Positions 37,154-48,819 of a stretch of DNA of 64,000 nucleotides are shown here, piece after piece (positions within the stretch are counted from its first letter, which is position 1; each line of letters opens with the position of its first letter). The notes beneath the pieces are model-generated. The model saw only the letters and a program-made list of their open reading frames with translations. It was not told where the DNA came from and ran no database searches. The stretch lies in contig OX337231.1 of assembly GCA_946965045.2 (NCBI GenBank), positions 1,240,001 to 1,304,000 of the forward strand, written 5' to 3'. The stretch comes from Epithemia pelagica (taxonomy: Eukaryota; Protista; Bacillariophyta). A program made the position numbers and the translations under genes.

Positions 37154-39823
37154 CTATTGTAGCAGCTGTGTCAACTGACGTGGTCCTGGACGTGGGTTGA
37201 TCCAGCGTTTACGTGTCGGAATGATGTCTGTCTCTGGATCGTACGCCCAATTACAGTTCCCATTGCTCTTTGCTAACGCACCAGTTGGTATTGATGTTTC
37301 AGGAGAAATATTCACCTCAACAACGGTCTGGTTCAAGCTCTCAACATTGCTACTCTTTCCATTCTCAAAGTCTTTGCTTCTTGACAAATCATCTTTTCCG
37401 AAAATATTGGGGGCCTCAATATCATCGGGGTTTGCCGCGGTTTTTCTGTTGTCCTCTTCCAACACCGCGGTTTTTCTGTTGTCCTCTTCCAACAAGAGCA
37501 AATCTTCATCGTCATTTTCCCATCCATCTGTATCTTGAACGGTCATGTATTTATCATAAGACGTTTGGTCGTTCTTGTCATTGTCCACGCGAGAGGGACC
37601 GTCAAGGGCTTCAACTGCTGTCTCATCAGCATCATGTTGCTCCGGAGGATCGCGAGCCAAAGAAGCCACGGTTGTCGGTGGATCCAAAGAATGCTGGTCT
37701 GTCCTGCCAACGACCGTGGGCACTGGAGACCTGCGCGGTTCTACGCCACCGAAATCCTGATCTCCACTTTTATGTCGACTGTCATGAACTTGAGAAGGGC
37801 TCGAATTTGGGTTCAAACCTGTATTTGGACGTGCTGCTTCTGTTTCGGCCAATCTTTGTGGGGGAGACATGGTGGAGGAAAGTCGTTGGTGTTGTTCCGA
37901 TGAAGAATAGTCCGGTGGATCCAATACTCTTTGAGTTTGGTAATGTTCTTGTTGTGATAGTCGTCCAGGCCATTCCGGCATTCGGTTCAAGGGCGGTGGT
38001 TTTTGTTGTCCTTGTTGTCTCCATTCGTCGTACATGGAAGGATCTTCCTGCGGCAAAACTGTGACCGACTGGGCAGTGCGAGAGATCATTCCACCCAAAA
38101 TGGATTTGGGACGATCTGACGTTTTTGTGGAAATTGGTTGGGTGGCTTCTTGATACATTGGTTGCAAATCGTCTTGAGGAGGCGGCGGCGGTGCCGGTGG
38201 ATACGATGGTTCGAATCCAGCTGCAGACGCATATATATGTGACGTCTCCTGGGGCAAAGGTGGCCGTTCTTGCACTCTTTCTTGTTCATGCAGGATTCTC
38301 ATTTGCTCCTCTTGTTGTTGCTGCTGCCTTTGTTGTTCTTGTTCGAGGAGAGCGGCAGCTTGAGCATCTTCCTCTTCTCGTCGCGCTTGTTCCAATAAAT
38401 CACCGCTGGGTAAGGACAAATGGTTGGACAGTGTTTCACTCGATACTCGGCCAGCTTGTTTGAGTTGATTCCATACACCCATGGTAGTTTCCTGCAAAAA
38501 GGCATCGCGCCACTCCCCTCCTCGATTGTTGTTGTCGTTGGGAATGGTAGGACTGTTGTGTTCCTCCTCCATCATATTGAGTTCCTGCAAAAATTGGGCC
38601 ACTTCCACAAGCGCTAATGACTCATGGTTCATGGCAGATATCACAGCGTCACTAGGAATGATTGATTCCAAATGATAGTGCCACAAGGGCACGTTGGGAG
38701 CAAATTGACATGAGACGGAAAGGGTGGCAACCGACAGCATGCCTTGCGATGGATGCGGCATGCATAGGTTCAAAACAGCCTTGACCAAAACAGTAACATG
38801 GGCTGGATCCAATACAAATTCGACTCGCTCGGTTTGACACGCCATGTGGAATTTGGATCGAATCAAACGATCCTCTGGCTCATGGGGATTGTGAGAGGAA
38901 GAGGACGACGAGGATAAGTAGCCAAGCAAATCGGCCAAGAGCGATTGATTGGCGCATCGCGGTAAAATCGAATTCGTTTTGGCGTTCTCCAAGAGCAACT
39001 GGGACACGATTCCCTTGTCTTGAATCGGTTCTCCTGTGTACTGATCCATCCAGGTGTAGTCCATGCGTGGCAATTCCTTGTGCAAGGTGTAATCCACCAA
39101 ACCAGGTCGGTCCTCATAGTAACGAACAATTTCCCAGGCCTTTTCTGGATTCGAATTGTGTTCAGCCTCCAACAGCGCATTGATCGACGACGTCAAGTGA
39201 GGCAAAATCTCAAAATACTGTCGTAGCTCGTGGTAAATGGGAGGCGGAGGTATTGACATGAGTTGTGGTTGTTGTGCATGTTCTTGTGGTTGATGATGTT
39301 CTTGTGACATATGATGCATCGTTGGGGTATCTTCTTCATCACCATCACCAATATCGTTCAGATCATCATCCCACCCGTCATTGAGGTCATTCACTGCGAC
39401 ACTTTGCGGCGGGTCATCTCTCACAACTATATTGTCGTGGTTGCTAGAAGGAAGAGAAGGTCGAGCCTCTGGTTGTTGTTGTGGTTGCGATGGTTCCACC
39501 GATGCTTGCGGAGGTACATTGATGCCGTCTTGTTGCGGAGCATTGATTTCAATATCCTCGTCCAGAACATCACTATCGTCATCCCAGCCGTCGTTGAGTT
39601 GACTAAATGGCAAACTAGTATTGCTTTTTGGGGGGTCCCTTGCTGTCACACCAACAACAGGTGAGGTATGCGGAGGAACTGCCAAGGACGACGTATGTTC
39701 AGACTCTTTCACAGCCGTATCTGGTGCTTCCATTTCGTCATCGTCGTCACCAAGGTCGGAAAGGTCATCGTCATCGTCCCAGCCATCGTCAAGCTCACTC
39801 ATCTTCTTCGACCTTCGACCCAT
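37154..39823 (-). CDS. Acidic, largely disordered protein with repeated DGW(D/E)D motifs; function unknown
   Basis: 889-aa single ORF; motifs DDGWDDD, NDGWDDD (twice) and TDGWEND. Confidence 0.78.
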   Translation of the reverse strand: MGRRSKKMSELDDGWDDDDDLSDLGDDDDEMEAPDTAVKESEHTSSLAVPPHTSPVVGVTARDPPKSNTSLPFSQLNDGWDDDSDVLDEDIEINAPQQDGINVPPQASVEPSQPQQQPEARPSLPSSNHDNIVVRDDPPQSVAVNDLNDGWDDDLNDIGDGDEEDTPTMHHMSQEHHQPQEHAQQPQLMSIPPPPIYHELRQYFEILPHLTSSINALLEAEHNSNPEKAWEIVRYYEDRPGLVDYTLHKELPRMDYTWMDQYTGEPIQDKGIVSQLLLENAKTNSILPRCANQSLLADLLGYLSSSSSSSHNPHEPEDRLIRSKFHMACQTERVEFVLDPAHVTVLVKAVLNLCMPHPSQGMLSVATLSVSCQFAPNVPLWHYHLESIIPSDAVISAMNHESLALVEVAQFLQELNMMEEEHNSPTIPNDNNNRGGEWRDAFLQETTMGVWNQLKQAGRVSSETLSNHLSLPSGDLLEQARREEEDAQAAALLEQEQQRQQQQQEEQMRILHEQERVQERPPLPQETSHIYASAAGFEPSYPPAPPPPPQDDLQPMYQEATQPISTKTSDRPKSILGGMISRTAQSVTVLPQEDPSMYDEWRQQGQQKPPPLNRMPEWPGRLSQQEHYQTQRVLDPPDYSSSEQHQRLSSTMSPPQRLAETEAARPNTGLNPNSSPSQVHDSRHKSGDQDFGGVEPRRSPVPTVVGRTDQHSLDPPTTVASLARDPPEQHDADETAVEALDGPSRVDNDKNDQTSYDKYMTVQDTDGWENDDEDLLLLEEDNRKTAVLEEDNRKTAANPDDIEAPNIFGKDDLSRSKDFENGKSSNVESLNQTVVEVNISPETSIPTGALAKSNGNCNWAYDPETDIIPTRKRWINPRPGPRQLTQLLQ
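37435..37494. repeat. 30-bp in-frame tandem duplication (LEEDNRKTA x2)
   Basis: CCGCGGTTTTTCTGTTGTCCTCTTCCAACA twice. Confidence 0.9.
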
Positions 39824-40251
39824 TTAGCGATTAGAAATGTCGAGAAGAAAAATGGCGGGGTTCCCGTCAAAATGAGGGGGCGGACGGAGATGGAGGTCGG
39901 GGGGAGATGAACCGATAGCATGGGTAGTATCTCTATATAGTTTCACTTGAATACTCTTCTTGAAGAGGTGGGTCCAATGAAGCAATGGACACCATAGGAA
40001 GGCGAAGAAGGAAAAGACCTGCTCTTCGCACTGCTTTTTCGATAATGATATGTCCTCCTTCTTGTGTCTTTTATGCTGAAGCGATCGAAGATCAACACAT
40101 CTCTCCTCGGGTATCAGTCTGTTATTGATCGATTGAATCGTGGTCGAGAGAGACCATTATTGTGTCCGCTTTTGCTAAAGAGTATAAATCGGACGACTCT
40201 ATGGTAACGGACCCTAAAATACAGAGCGACGTGAACTAGGAATGCAGGATT

Positions 40252-41760
40252 CTAACTTTGATGAAACTCGGCCGACCGTTCTTCTTGAAGCAATCTTCGC
40301 ACAGACGCGTCTTGGAGCAGCGACTTACGTGCATGTTCCACAACACCGGCATCGCTGACACGGTGCGATACAAAACGGAGCACTGAGCTGCGACGGTGGA
40401 ACATAGGACGACGATGATCCTGCTGCGCCTTGGCAGCTTGTACCAAGGTTGTAATTTGATTCACCACAAGGTCCTTGTACCAACGTCGCAGTTCATCCAA
40501 AGTATACGATGCCTTGCTTTCGGCTTTGTCGTAAAGGCTGACAAACTGAAAGCCAATGTGCCCGATTGCGGCCTTGGTCTCTTTGATGGTTTCCTCACTT
40601 AAATCTTCCAAAGGGAGATTTTCCATTTGGATACCGAGGCAATAAAACACATAAAAGAGATAGAATCCTGCGCTTGGAAGACTCTGACGAAATGCTTTGT
40701 TCAAATATGCCTCGTCTTTTCCTTCTTGCTCGACCACTGCTTCTGCGTAAGCATCAAAGAAATCAATGTTGGACTGAAGCAAACTCAATGCGGCATCCTC
40801 GTGGCCATGAGCGGCATGTGCCATGGCACACGCAATCGGCCATGCCTGGAAAATACCCAAATCCTTTCCTAAGGGCCCCATGAGGGCCATTTCCCAGTCA
40901 CATGTGACGAAATCTCCGGTCTTACCAAACTGCTTCATGTTTGCAACGTCGGGCTTTTGTTCCACGAGAATATTGAATTGGTGAAAGTCATTGTGACAAA
41001 GAACTTCGCGACTCTCAAACAGCTCCTTGCGTTGCATGTCAACGATATTTTCAAATCGTTGACTTCCCATGTCTTTTACGAGCTTGAGCGCTGCATCGGC
41101 GGACTCATAGGGAACGGTTGCGATCCTCTCCAAAATTTCTTGCTTGACCGATGGAAACAAATCACCAAGCGTTGGTCGTACATTGTCATTCCAATTCGGT
41201 TCAACAGGCTGCATGTTGAGAGCAGCGACCGTTCGACCAAGACCTTGGATAACCCTGGTATCAACTTCACCATCAATGAATTGATTGGCAAACTGTTCAT
41301 CGGTGGCAACCCACTCCGTTACAAACAGTTTAGCGTTTCCTTCTACATCAACCATGAAGTACGGTGTTGCCACATGTGCACTCTTTGACCCACCCATTGC
41401 CTTCGCAAACGATTCCATGATTTCGAATTCATTGACTGTTCTTTGCAAATCGTACTCGACGGTACGGTCTGGACTCCACAGCGCGTAGTTGAAAGCAATT
41501 TTTGCGTACAAGACAGGATTCTTGTCTCCATCACTTGGAAAGAAGATTTTGTAGGAATAGTTTGTTTTACCACCCGAGATGACCTTGCATGATAACGTTT
41601 CTCCCTTGTTCAACCTCGCACCAATGGTATTCAGCTCGACAAACTCAGTTTCTCCGCATGTGCAATGTTCGACGATTGTCTTGAGGACCAACTCCTTCTT
41701 TTGCTCCTTGTCCACATCATCCATGGCTTCCAAAGGTTTCATTTCTTGTTCACTGGACAT
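40252..41760 (-). CDS. APH/choline-kinase-fold phosphotransferase, methylthioribose-kinase-like
   Basis: GGKTNYSY, LYAK, CHNDFHQFNILV and CDWEMALMGPLGKDLG motifs. Confidence 0.8.
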   Translation of the reverse strand: MSSEQEMKPLEAMDDVDKEQKKELVLKTIVEHCTCGETEFVELNTIGARLNKGETLSCKVISGGKTNYSYKIFFPSDGDKNPVLYAKIAFNYALWSPDRTVEYDLQRTVNEFEIMESFAKAMGGSKSAHVATPYFMVDVEGNAKLFVTEWVATDEQFANQFIDGEVDTRVIQGLGRTVAALNMQPVEPNWNDNVRPTLGDLFPSVKQEILERIATVPYESADAALKLVKDMGSQRFENIVDMQRKELFESREVLCHNDFHQFNILVEQKPDVANMKQFGKTGDFVTCDWEMALMGPLGKDLGIFQAWPIACAMAHAAHGHEDAALSLLQSNIDFFDAYAEAVVEQEGKDEAYLNKAFRQSLPSAGFYLFYVFYCLGIQMENLPLEDLSEETIKETKAAIGHIGFQFVSLYDKAESKASYTLDELRRWYKDLVVNQITTLVQAAKAQQDHRRPMFHRRSSVLRFVSHRVSDAGVVEHARKSLLQDASVRRLLQEERSAEFHQS

Positions 41761-42278
41761 ATTTGACTCTGATACAGCAAGATGTCTTGATGTGTTCTGG
41801 TTTTTGTGGTTCGCGTGATCGTATTTTATATTTTATGATTTTGTGACCCTAGAGACAAAAGATACAGTCAAAAGTATCTTTGGAAATCTATTGCGTCAGA
41901 TCATGCTCAGCTCAAGTGTGATTCGAGTTGCAACCTTGCACAGAAAACGGGGCAGACGACGAATTTCTGTAAGGTAGACTACACTACATAGGTCTTGATG
42001 TGGGGGCTTCAATGATGTTTGGGGGTCTTGGTCTTGGGTTGTCCTGCCTCCTTTCTGCACAGAGCACGGATAGGTAGTTTCAATGTGCCATATTACTCCT
42101 ATTGGGAAGAGGCCAACCTTCCTTGAAAGGAAGACGGATCCCAGGACGGGTCGACATAGAATTCATGTCGTTGAAGCTTGGGCGAAGTCAGTGGTGGATT
42201 CTGGGGCGACGCGAACTCGGGGCTTCGAATGCTTTTCTTTCTCCAATGGTTCTCCTCGTGGCTGTGAATGGGTTCATT

Positions 42279-43433
42279 CTACTCCGTGACGACGCAATTG
42301 CTTCCATCGGCCGAGCAGGGATAATTCGATACGGTATAATGGCCAGGAGTTGCCCATGCCACCTTGTGTTCAATGCCCAAAATGTTGTCTCCAATCGGTC
42401 CCACACGAAAGAACCCCATTTCTCCCCAATACTGACCCCAACTGTTGCGACAAATCCAGTACTCCAACTCATGTTCTTCGTCTTCGTCGTCGTTCCTTGA
42501 CATCGTCGTGGTACCCCAACCCACAATGGAGACAATGTGAGTAGGTTTCTTACTCTCGCTGGCATTCGTAAAAATGCCTCCATGATAGGTATGAAGTGGT
42601 TTACCGTTGACCGTAGTGGCGACGGGTCCACGCGCCAAAATTTCGGCCTTGATTTGAAATATGAGATCGTCCTTATCGTTAGTACTTTCCTCCAACATGT
42701 TGATTCCATCATCGTCATCATTCCTGGTGTTGGCTGGAATGGTTCCATATTCGGCAATAGAGGCATTGGGGAAGAAATCAATTTCTCCGCAGACAACTTG
42801 AAGGGGATGCAAGGAAGGCCGGATCAGAACGTCGCAGGTGCGGCAAATGTTGTAATTAGTGCAACTGGTATCGACTTTGGGACAAAAGCCGTGAGGGGAA
42901 TCGGAACTACAGGCCAGGTAGGGTTGACACGTATCGTAGGGGATCAACCCATATTCGTGTACGAATTGATACACTCCGGAATGGCTTCCACCCAAACAAG
43001 AACCCGCCACTTCACCACCACAGTTCAATACAAATTGAACACTCAGCTGAATATCATCCATCACCATTCCAAGCGGTTGATCAGGGTCCTTGTTGTTGTG
43101 AAATGTGCGAGCAATCTTGATACGATCGGCCAAACTGCTCAAGGCTCCATGCGCCCAGCAACTACCACAGTAATGCGGAACATGCTGATTCAAGCTGCGC
43201 GTCAGGTAGGATTTTCCCTGGACATTTCCCCAGTTAAAGTTGGCTGGAATGTCGTCCTTAGCAATGTATGTATGTGGCAAGGGTGACAAGACGCGATTGT
43301 CCTTGTTGTGTCCTGGAAGATAGAAGAACTCGGTACCTTCGACATCCCTTTGGTCGACGACAGACGCCTCTACGATCCCAAAAGTCGATAGGATGGAAGC
43401 AGCAATCCAAAAACAGAAAAAGTGATTCCTCAT
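42279..43433 (-). CDS. Cathepsin X/Z-like papain-family (C1A) cysteine protease
   Basis: NQHVPHYCGSCWAHG, THIVSIVGWG and YWICRNSWG; likely signal peptide from ATG 43433 (MRNHFFCFWIAAS). Confidence 0.92.
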   Translation of the reverse strand: MRNHFFCFWIAASILSTFGIVEASVVDQRDVEGTEFFYLPGHNKDNRVLSPLPHTYIAKDDIPANFNWGNVQGKSYLTRSLNQHVPHYCGSCWAHGALSSLADRIKIARTFHNNKDPDQPLGMVMDDIQLSVQFVLNCGGEVAGSCLGGSHSGVYQFVHEYGLIPYDTCQPYLACSSDSPHGFCPKVDTSCTNYNICRTCDVLIRPSLHPLQVVCGEIDFFPNASIAEYGTIPANTRNDDDDGINMLEESTNDKDDLIFQIKAEILARGPVATTVNGKPLHTYHGGIFTNASESKKPTHIVSIVGWGTTTMSRNDDEDEEHELEYWICRNSWGQYWGEMGFFRVGPIGDNILGIEHKVAWATPGHYTVSNYPCSADGSNCVVTE

Positions 43434-43661
43434 GGCCGGAACTTCTGTAGAGTGAATGAAGCCATACAGCCAAAAGATCCTTGCGAAAGATTTTCTTAAG
43501 ATCGCGCGATTAAAACGCGACCATACCATCACGATGATCCATTACGACAGAGACAGAGGCATGACCGATGCGTAGAAGTATCCGTACTATACCAACGAAG
43601 TCTATGAAAAGAGGACAATATTTGGAAAACACGGTGCTAATGTCAATCTGACACCATAATA

Positions 43662-45983
43662 CTAGTCCGCGTCGGAATGCATCATTCGGCTGCGGCCTCG
43701 CACTTCGTATTTGCCGTACTTCTTCCACTTTTCCTTCTTGGCCACTTCTTCCTTTGGCTCTGGTAAACGATGCCATATGTTGAAATCTTCCACTGGACGA
43801 GGTAAGCCTCGCCTCGGATTTCCATCTTCTTCATCCTGTTCTCGACGAAACAAGCCACCAATGCCTCGGCGCTCTTCTTCCTGGCTGGATTGTGCCGCTT
43901 GACCGTCCGCTTCTCCTTCGACACCCACGCCACCACACATGTGAATTGTCCCATCCAATCCGACAATAATCGAGTGTACATAGCCACATTCAATATCAAC
44001 TGCCTTGAATGGTCGACCATCGGGGTAGGATACCTCTACTTTCCGCGGTATGGTAACTTCATTGGCTCGTGGACCCAGACCAATACGTCCACCCTCCGTC
44101 TTGCCCCAGGCATACGTATCACCTTTGGTCGTTACTGCCATGCTAATATCGACACCCGCACTCATTTGTAGGATTCGTATTCGTTCATCGTCAAAGTGCG
44201 AAATCTTCATGGGATACATTTGTGTCAACGTATCACCATGTCCCAAACACCCTCCCAAACTAGCACCGCACGAGTAGAGAGATCCGTCTTCGTCAAGAAG
44301 CAATGAATGTCGATGGCCCGCACTCGATCCAACAATCTTGATTCCTACCAACGATTCAACACTTTTTGGATAACATTGATCACTCGAGTCCTCCAACGAA
44401 AGATTACCAATAAGATCAAGTTGCGCACGCAACTCTGCATCAATGTTGGGTTCATCTCCAGCACCTGGAGCATTGGCCTCGGCGGGAGCAGGCTGAGGTG
44501 GTGGAGGAGGAGGTTGCGGTGGTGCTTGCAGGGCTGCTGCTTCGTTTTCTTCTCCGGCAAAAGCTGCGACTGCCGCATCTGCATCATGATCAAAGGGAGT
44601 AAAACTTCTCCCCAAGACTCCAAAGTGTCCCAGTCCCCACGTAAACGCTTCGCCTTCTTCGGAAACCGCAATGGTGTGTCGACTTCCACAGCTAATATTA
44701 GCTATCGATTCATCTTCTAGACCACCTGCCGTGACTTGCAGGGGTAGAAGTTGGGGTTTCCGATCACCATGCCCGAGTTGACCACAAAACCCGTCACCCC
44801 ATGAGTACACGTCCCCATCGCTGCTGACAACCGCCGAATGCAACTCTCCTGCCGACACACAAACACAACGAACGCCATTCAATGCCTCAATATAGCGCGG
44901 TCTCAGTTGATCCGGGAGTTGCTTTGCCGCCGAGTACCCATGTCCAAGAGCACCGTATTGGCCCGTACCAAAGGACAGGACCCGTCCGGTATTGGTCAGC
45001 AAGAGGGAATGTGCAATTCGGACCAATCCTCCACCCGCTGAGCACTGTACAATACGAATTCCATAGCCAATCCCACCCAGTAATCGTCGAGGATATCTCT
45101 CATCTTGACGCTTTCCATGTCCCAACTTTACAATCAATGAGAACCAACACAGGTCAGAGCAGACACATCAGTAATAGTCATCCGAGAGATGGTATTATGG
45201 ACGCTGTAGTTGCTATCCGGGCGTCGCACAAAAGCGCTACCATAGACCTACCTGTCCTCTCCGACCAACACCCCACGAAGCCACTCCTGAACCACCGCCA
45301 CCACATTTGGTTCCATCTCCTCCCACACGACAAAGCGAATGTTCGGGGGAAATGGAAGCCATTCTCCCTTGCACAAACCGAGGGAGAGGAATGGGTTCTC
45401 GAGCACCAGTCGACAAGCTACTTATTCCAGTTGCCACCTCTTGAAGATAGCGGGCGTAAGAACAAAATTCCAAATAGGGTGGCGGATCCTTTTTGGGAAA
45501 TTTGTTGCGTGGAACAACACGGCCCGTGTCTCCTCCACCGTAGGAATCGGTCAAGAGAGCTTGTGCGTCAACCTCGTTGGTACACAATTCCATAAAGCGC
45601 ACGCGTCCTGTATTGGCCATATCGGTTCGAGAACATCGTGCTCGGACTACATGCGTCCGAGCGTTGGCCAATAGCAACGTCAGTCGTTTGCAGGTTCCTG
45701 CCAAACGACCCAAATCGGCCGCTGTAAGCATGATATAAATCAAATGAATGGCATCTTCGGGCAAGTCGAGGAATCTGCACGATAATTCACTTCCCTCTGC
45801 CGCGTTCTTGGTAGTTGCCGAAGCCTGGGACTTTCCATCCAATTGGTCGCTCGATGCACCCTTGTTGTCCTTGGTGTCGGCGGCCTTTGCTTCTTGTTGA
45901 TGCTTGGCCTGGCGTCTTGCTGCTCGTTTCTCCTCGAGAGCCTGCTTTCGTCGAAGTTGATCTTCGTCAAGAACTTTTGGCAT
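43662..45983 (-). CDS. RCC1-repeat protein with N-terminal F-box-like segment
   Basis: Multiple GQLGHG/GALGHG and AG-H blades; F-box-like [13 protein letters not shown]; GT-AG intron 45251-45126 joins GQ|LGHG. Confidence 0.88.
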
Positions 45984-46426
45984 CCTTCGATATCAATACA
46001 GAAGCCCAATGGTCAAGAGGTAAGGCAATGTGGCAATCTGAGGATCTGTTGCTGATTGTCACGTTGGCTCTCGCACCTTGCACTCGCTCGCTCGCACGTC
46101 TCGTTTAGTAGCTGTAGCTAGCCTTGCCTCTAGTAGTTCCGATCAAAACGTACTCCTACTCCTATTGTAGAGCTCTAGAGCTCTTTTGAGGTAGAGAAGC
46201 GTATCTAAGGCTGAGAATGAGGGAAATGAGAACACGGTCTAACGGCTTTAATGCTTCTTGAAATGGTATGCATGAAACGGACGATTCAAGTTGCTTCAAA
46301 GTTTAAGCTTGTTCTATTCTCAGTCTACACAAGTATCATGTGAGCATCCGATTGCCACAAGGTTTGTCCCCATGGCCGAGGCGAACAAACTCAGATGGTA
46401 CGAATTCCTCGCAACAAGCGTTCACA

Positions 46427-47119
46427 TCAGTCATGGTTGGAAAACATCAAGTCCGTGCGATTTGCATACTTGACTCCACTTTGAAGTGGAGGCGACTCAT
46501 GTATGAGTCGATGATCAAAGACAAACACTAGTCCAGGTTCCGCCGTCACTGGTTCGGAAGTGTCTCCGTCGTCCGAGTAAATATGTGTATGTCCACCTTG
46601 ATAGTCGCCATTCAAATAAATCATGACAGTGCATCGTGACGTTTGGCTCCCATCTGGACGTTCAAAGATACCGTCCTGATGAGGCTTAAAATAATGCCCT
46701 GGTTCATATTTCAAGATTCGCATGCGCTCGTTCAACCCCACTACTGCATTGGCCTTGGTACTGTGCGGGAGGCGAAACTCGGACGGAATAAAGTCCTTGA
46801 TTCGGTCAAAAATGGCAGCCGCAAACTGCGTGTCGTCGATAATGCATCGATCCGAGTGTCGCGTTCCCGGGTGGTAAATCTGTCGACCATGTCCGACATT
46901 GAGAAGCGCCCTCTCAAAACCCACTGCTTCGGCTCGCTCGATAATGGCGTCGCATTCCTGTTTGGACAAAACTTGCTGAAGAGTAGTACAGGTTGCACTG
47001 CGCCAGTAAACCGGTTCGGGGCGGTGTACCAGCTTTTCTTGGATCGAAGGAAGGTCGCTGGTCTGGAGGCAGTCCACCAGCTTCTTGACAGGCCGAGGAG
47101 GTGTGGAAAACAAAGGCAT
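46427..47119 (-). CDS. 2OG-Fe(II) oxygenase (prolyl-4-hydroxylase-like)
   Basis: RILKY...FKPHQDG (HxD), MIYLN...GGHT, distal H (LIHES) and KYANRTD; start placed at MPLFS. Confidence 0.88.
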   Translation of the reverse strand: MPLFSTPPRPVKKLVDCLQTSDLPSIQEKLVHRPEPVYWRSATCTTLQQVLSKQECDAIIERAEAVGFERALLNVGHGRQIYHPGTRHSDRCIIDDTQFAAAIFDRIKDFIPSEFRLPHSTKANAVVGLNERMRILKYEPGHYFKPHQDGIFERPDGSQTSRCTVMIYLNGDYQGGHTHIYSDDGDTSEPVTAEPGLVFVFDHRLIHESPPLQSGVKYANRTDLMFSNHD

Positions 47120-47460
47120 TTCTCTTTTTTGTGGAGAGAAATATCTGGTGTCTTGGTCAACAAACAGTGATGTTTTTTGTCTGTTCGTGCGAACGCGACT
47201 GGAGGTGGATGAGACCCGTACACGACACAAGAACAAAAAGAGATGCCAAACAAAGATTTACCCATTCGTTCGTCGTTCGATGCTTCTTTTCCTGACCAGG
47301 TGGTTGAGACATTGTGCAGGTTTGAAAACAGGTCGATATCGAAATTGTAAATTGTGGGGGGGGACTGAAGAAAAAAAGAGCGTGGCGAGTCGCGAGATGG
47401 ATGCACACTACCTACCTATTTAGTCGCAAACGCATGCCGAATATCAAATAAGCGCGCACA

Positions 47461-47487
47461 TCTAACAAACTCTAACAAACTCTAACA
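47461..47487. repeat. Short tandem repeat (TCTAACAAAC) x~2.7
   Basis: Directly visible in intergenic DNA. Confidence 0.8.
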
Positions 47488-47799
47488 CAGGAATCAAAGA
47501 AAGTCACGCGCGCGAGCCAGAATCCCTCATTCGCGCAAAATTTAATGTCCTGCAGAAAAATCCCAAATTGTTGCCAGAACGGATCACTCCAGATGACAGA
47601 TTCACCGCCTCGCCGTTGGATCATTCGAAGTCTTCTCCATTTCCCTCCAATTGCACGCTCATCCCCTTATTCCTTCTTTTGAGACAGAGGAGGCCAACTG
47701 AAAGGGACAGACCATCATTATTTGTGGAAGGGAAAGCATCTGGGTTTTGTTGGGGTGAAGTATCCCGTAGGCAAGAACAAGCACTACAAGAACAGCACC

Positions 47800-48819
47800 A
47801 TGGGAAACAAGCCTGCGAAATCTGAACCGCTTACTGCTGATGACTTGAATGCCGCCTTGGAAACAGCGTTGCAACCGCTTGTTACGAAGACAGACTTGGA
47901 TAATAAGTTGAAACCGATTCAAAATGATTTGAAGGCACTCAAAGGGGCCTTACTGGTTCCAGAGGGGGACTCTGTCGCCAGGACAACAACAGTGCAGATT
48001 CAAAAAGGTGGCTACACGTTTGGACATGGTGTGGTCGTGGTGGATGACACGTGTGCGGAGGCAACATACTACTTGGTTTCCGCCGCGCATGTGTTGGTCT
48101 ATTTCAAACCAAACGAAAAGATCGTTCTACACAATCAATCGCAAGAAGTTATGGAGGCTCAAGTGAACGAATTCTACCTACCTCGATCCTACGTGGAAGA
48201 AGGGAAGGCCGACGTTGCTATCTTCTCTTTACGGGACGTGAACATAAGTAAAAAACCAGAGATGGTGACATTCAAGTTTGGCTTGCCGGAAGTGGGACAG
48301 GGTGCAGTTGCCCATGGAAGCGTTTTTCTTCGGGGTACCGTCACAATGATTCAAGAATGGAATTTGTTCACCGTATTGGCACATTCCGTGCCCGGCTCGG
48401 GCGGTTTACCTTTATTCGATGACCGCAAGTTTCTTGTGGGACTTGTCCACGGCAGCTCTACGCATCGCGGCAAACACGCGAGTGGGGAAAGAGAAGATGC
48501 TTCTGTGGTTTACTGCTACTCCTTGCGCGATTGCGAGTTTTTCCCGGCTCGTTGGGACAACAGCACCCAACGCCGGCTCGAGTGGGCGGAGGATATTCCC
48601 TTGGGGTTGGCCAACGGCTCACAAAACTTCTCGGATTTTACTAAAACAGATATTGAGGGACAGGATTTGAACCAGCTTGCCAGAGATATAAATTACACAA
48701 TCAACGGAGAATTGAGTCTTGATGGCTTGATGAAACAGCTCGCTGAAACGATTTGGCCGTCGCCGGCTCAGTGCTTCCAAATCGAGCGTGGTTGGAAAAT
48801 GGCGACTTGGTCAAATTAA
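47800..48819 (+). CDS. Trypsin-like peptidase-domain protein with N-terminal MG motif and short coiled coil
   Basis: YLVSAAHV (His), KADVAIF (Asp), and VPGSGGLPLFD...LVGLVHG at the nucleophile region; start placed at MGNKPAKS. Confidence 0.7.
   Translation: MGNKPAKSEPLTADDLNAALETALQPLVTKTDLDNKLKPIQNDLKALKGALLVPEGDSVARTTTVQIQKGGYTFGHGVVVVDDTCAEATYYLVSAAHVLVYFKPNEKIVLHNQSQEVMEAQVNEFYLPRSYVEEGKADVAIFSLRDVNISKKPEMVTFKFGLPEVGQGAVAHGSVFLRGTVTMIQEWNLFTVLAHSVPGSGGLPLFDDRKFLVGLVHGSSTHRGKHASGEREDASVVYCYSLRDCEFFPARWDNSTQRRLEWAEDIPLGLANGSQNFSDFTKTDIEGQDLNQLARDINYTINGELSLDGLMKQLAETIWPSPAQCFQIERGWKMATWSN

Noticed and set aside
42188-42796. 202-aa alternative-frame ORF within cathepsin X
   Set aside because: Overlaps the well-supported protease frame and has no motifs.
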